64,000 nucleotides of DNA from Mobula hypostoma. Its lineage: Eukaryota. Where the stretch lies: contig NC_086108.1 in the NCBI RefSeq assembly GCF_963921235.1, forward strand, positions 117,554,001 to 117,618,000. Direction: 5' to 3'. The notes beneath the pieces are model-generated. The model was not told the origin of the DNA and ran no database searches. It saw only the letters and a list, made by a program, of their open reading frames with translations. This document shows, piece by piece, positions 62,094-64,000 of this stretch. How positions within the stretch are numbered: the stretch's first letter is position 1; each line of letters starts with the position of its first letter. The position numbers and the translations under genes were made by a program.

Positions 62094-63301
62094 CAATGTT
62101 CCCTCTAATTTTTAGTAGTCAGTGTGCACAAAAATCTTATGTTGTGCAAATTTTTTTCCTGTGACAAAAGTATGTGCACACTGAATGCACACATGGGGCA
62201 GTTTATGTAGGTTTACAAAATACTTGGCATAAAACTGCACAGAATAACAACAAAATAACATGCATACTTAAGTCACTCAGTTATTTTTCTCTCTCCTGTC
62301 TTTGGCATTTACGTGTTCTTTGTAAACCCTATCTAGACTAATCGAACTTCCATCCAATTGATAGCTTTTGATTCTCATTCACATATCCAAATGACATTCA
62401 CCTAAACGGTTTCTCAGCTTGTTTTTGAGTTGATTTTTCAGGCTAAAATCTTGCTCACAGTCCGCACTAGATGCAAGAAAGGTTCCCCCAGTGTCCATCA
62501 ACAGCGCAAGGTTGCAAAACTGTTCATTTTGAAGTACAAATGCCACCATTTGAGCAAAGTTGGAAATCAGTTTGGATTTAATTTTTTCTTGCATGAAAAA
62601 TTTGAAATCATTTAACTATTTACAGTATTTTCAGCTAGAAAATCATGATATTTTAGACATAAGGCATTAACTTGTTCATCACCAAATGTGAAGTCACAAT
62701 CTACAATTGCAGGGAAATCAAAAGCTGACCATTCATCTTCAGGAAACCTTTCTTCTAAATGAACACAAAGATGATTTATAAAAGTCAACAGCGAACTTGT
62801 ATCTACTGTGATGTTTTCTTCACGTTGTTGGCTTAGCAAAACTTTAACTTTGTCACTCCACAAAACATTGTCTCCCAAATACTGCTTTCTTATCTTGTTA
62901 ATTTTGCCTGGCACAAAATGAAGTGAATCAATCGGTGTCAGGCCACTCTTTTGCAGAATCTTGCACAGTGCAGCTATCTAGAGGATTTGAAACCGATCTT
63001 TGTAAACATTACGATATGAACACTGTCCGCCAAAGATGGCTGCTGCCGCTGTGATGCAGCTGTACAAACCGGAACAGGAAAGGTGAAGTGACGTAAATTA
63101 GTGACGTGCATTGGGGTATTTGAAAAACGGACTCACTAGTTAACAGAAACATCTAGCTAAAAGGTTATTTTCAATAAGTATAATTATTAATTACTACATT
63201 ATTTTAGGTAACCAGCCTTTTGCGCACACATTAATTTCCTTTGTAGTTGGTTGAAAAACGTGTGTGCGTGCACACACGCGCACGGCTTAGAGGGAACATA
63301 G
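62094..63301 (-). mobile_element. hAT DNA transposon, internally deleted (Tip100/ZNF862-like transposase C-terminus)
   Basis: 15-bp TIRs CAATGTTCCCTCTAA / TTAGAGGGAACATAG (one mismatch); 8-bp TSD ATTATAAT (62086-62093, 63302-63309); SSADCEQDFS...KLRNRL dimerization motif. Confidence 0.9.
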
Positions 63302-63309
63302 ATTATAAT

Positions 63310-64000
63310 GTGGTAGACTGGTTCAGCAAATTTGTGGATAACAAGATTGGTGGGGTAGTGGATAGCAAGGCTTGCAGTGGGACCTGGATCAGCAGGAAAA
63401 GTGGGCTGAAAGATGACAGATGAATTTAATGCGGACAAGTGTAAGGTGTTGCATTTTGGGAGGACCAACCAGGGGAGCTCTTACACCGTGAGCTGTAGGG
63501 CACTGAAGAGTGCGGTAGAACGGAGGGATCTGGGAATACAGGTCAATAATTCCTTGAAGGTGTTATCACAGCTAGATGGGGTCATAAGGAATTCTTTTGG
63601 CACATTAGCCTTTACAGATCAATGTATTGAGTACAGAAGTTGGGATGTATAAGATTTTAGCAAGGCCAAATTTGGAGTATTATGTGAAGGCCAGTTAGCT
63701 TAACATCTGTAGTTGGGAAAATGCGTGAAGTTGTCATTAAGAAAGAAATAACAAAACATTTAGAAAGGAGTGGTTCCATTAGACAGACACAGCAAGGATT
63801 CAGAAAAGGCAGGTCCTGTTTGACAAACCTACTGGAGTTCTTTGAGGTCATAATGAGTGCAGTGGATAGAGGAGAACAGGTGGATGTCGTATACTTGGAT
63901 GTCCAGAAGGCGTTTGATAAGGTGCCGCACAAGAGACTTATAAATAAGATATGGATGCATGGAGTCGGAGGAAGTGTCTTGGTATGGATAGTGGATTGGT
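63310..64000 (+). mobile_element. CR1 RT fragments (continuation of the hAT host, then a second copy running off the window)
   Basis: [44 protein letters not shown]. Confidence 0.85.

Noticed and set aside
49576..64000. VAV1 exon 3
   Set aside because: No convincing match with splice sites found by eye; probably beyond the window, though a short exon could have been missed

Overview
Repeat-dense vertebrate genomic DNA, most likely from a cartilaginous fish (inferred from the dominance of CR1 LINEs and HE1/V-SINE-like elements). Two host genes lie in tandem on the + strand. The first is represented by the last two coding exons and 3' UTR of a Ca2+-binding mitochondrial ATP-Mg/Pi carrier (SCaMC family, probably SLC25A23; 2200-2350, 7695-7879). 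The second is the promoter and first two coding exons of VAV1 (46025-46228, 49459-49575). Nearly everything else is transposable-element derived: many CR1 and Rex1/Babar LINE pieces, a Tx1 LINE tail, and DNA transposon relics (hAT with TIRs and 8-bp TSD, Chapaev-like, Tc1 end). Highlights: (1) Neptune-type Penelope-like elements carrying minimal hammerhead ribozymes, one with an intact core in the sense strand of VAV1 intron 2; (2) a 14.5-kb Tf1/sushi-type chromoviral Gypsy element with a tRNA-independent self-priming signature and three nested LINEs; (3) a nearly intact full-length Nimb/I-clade LINE with RNase H inserted at that element's PPT; (4) a fragmented class I endogenous retrovirus relic with pol and env motifs. 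All family assignments are by eye from motifs; no searches were run, and boundaries of decayed repeats are approximate.
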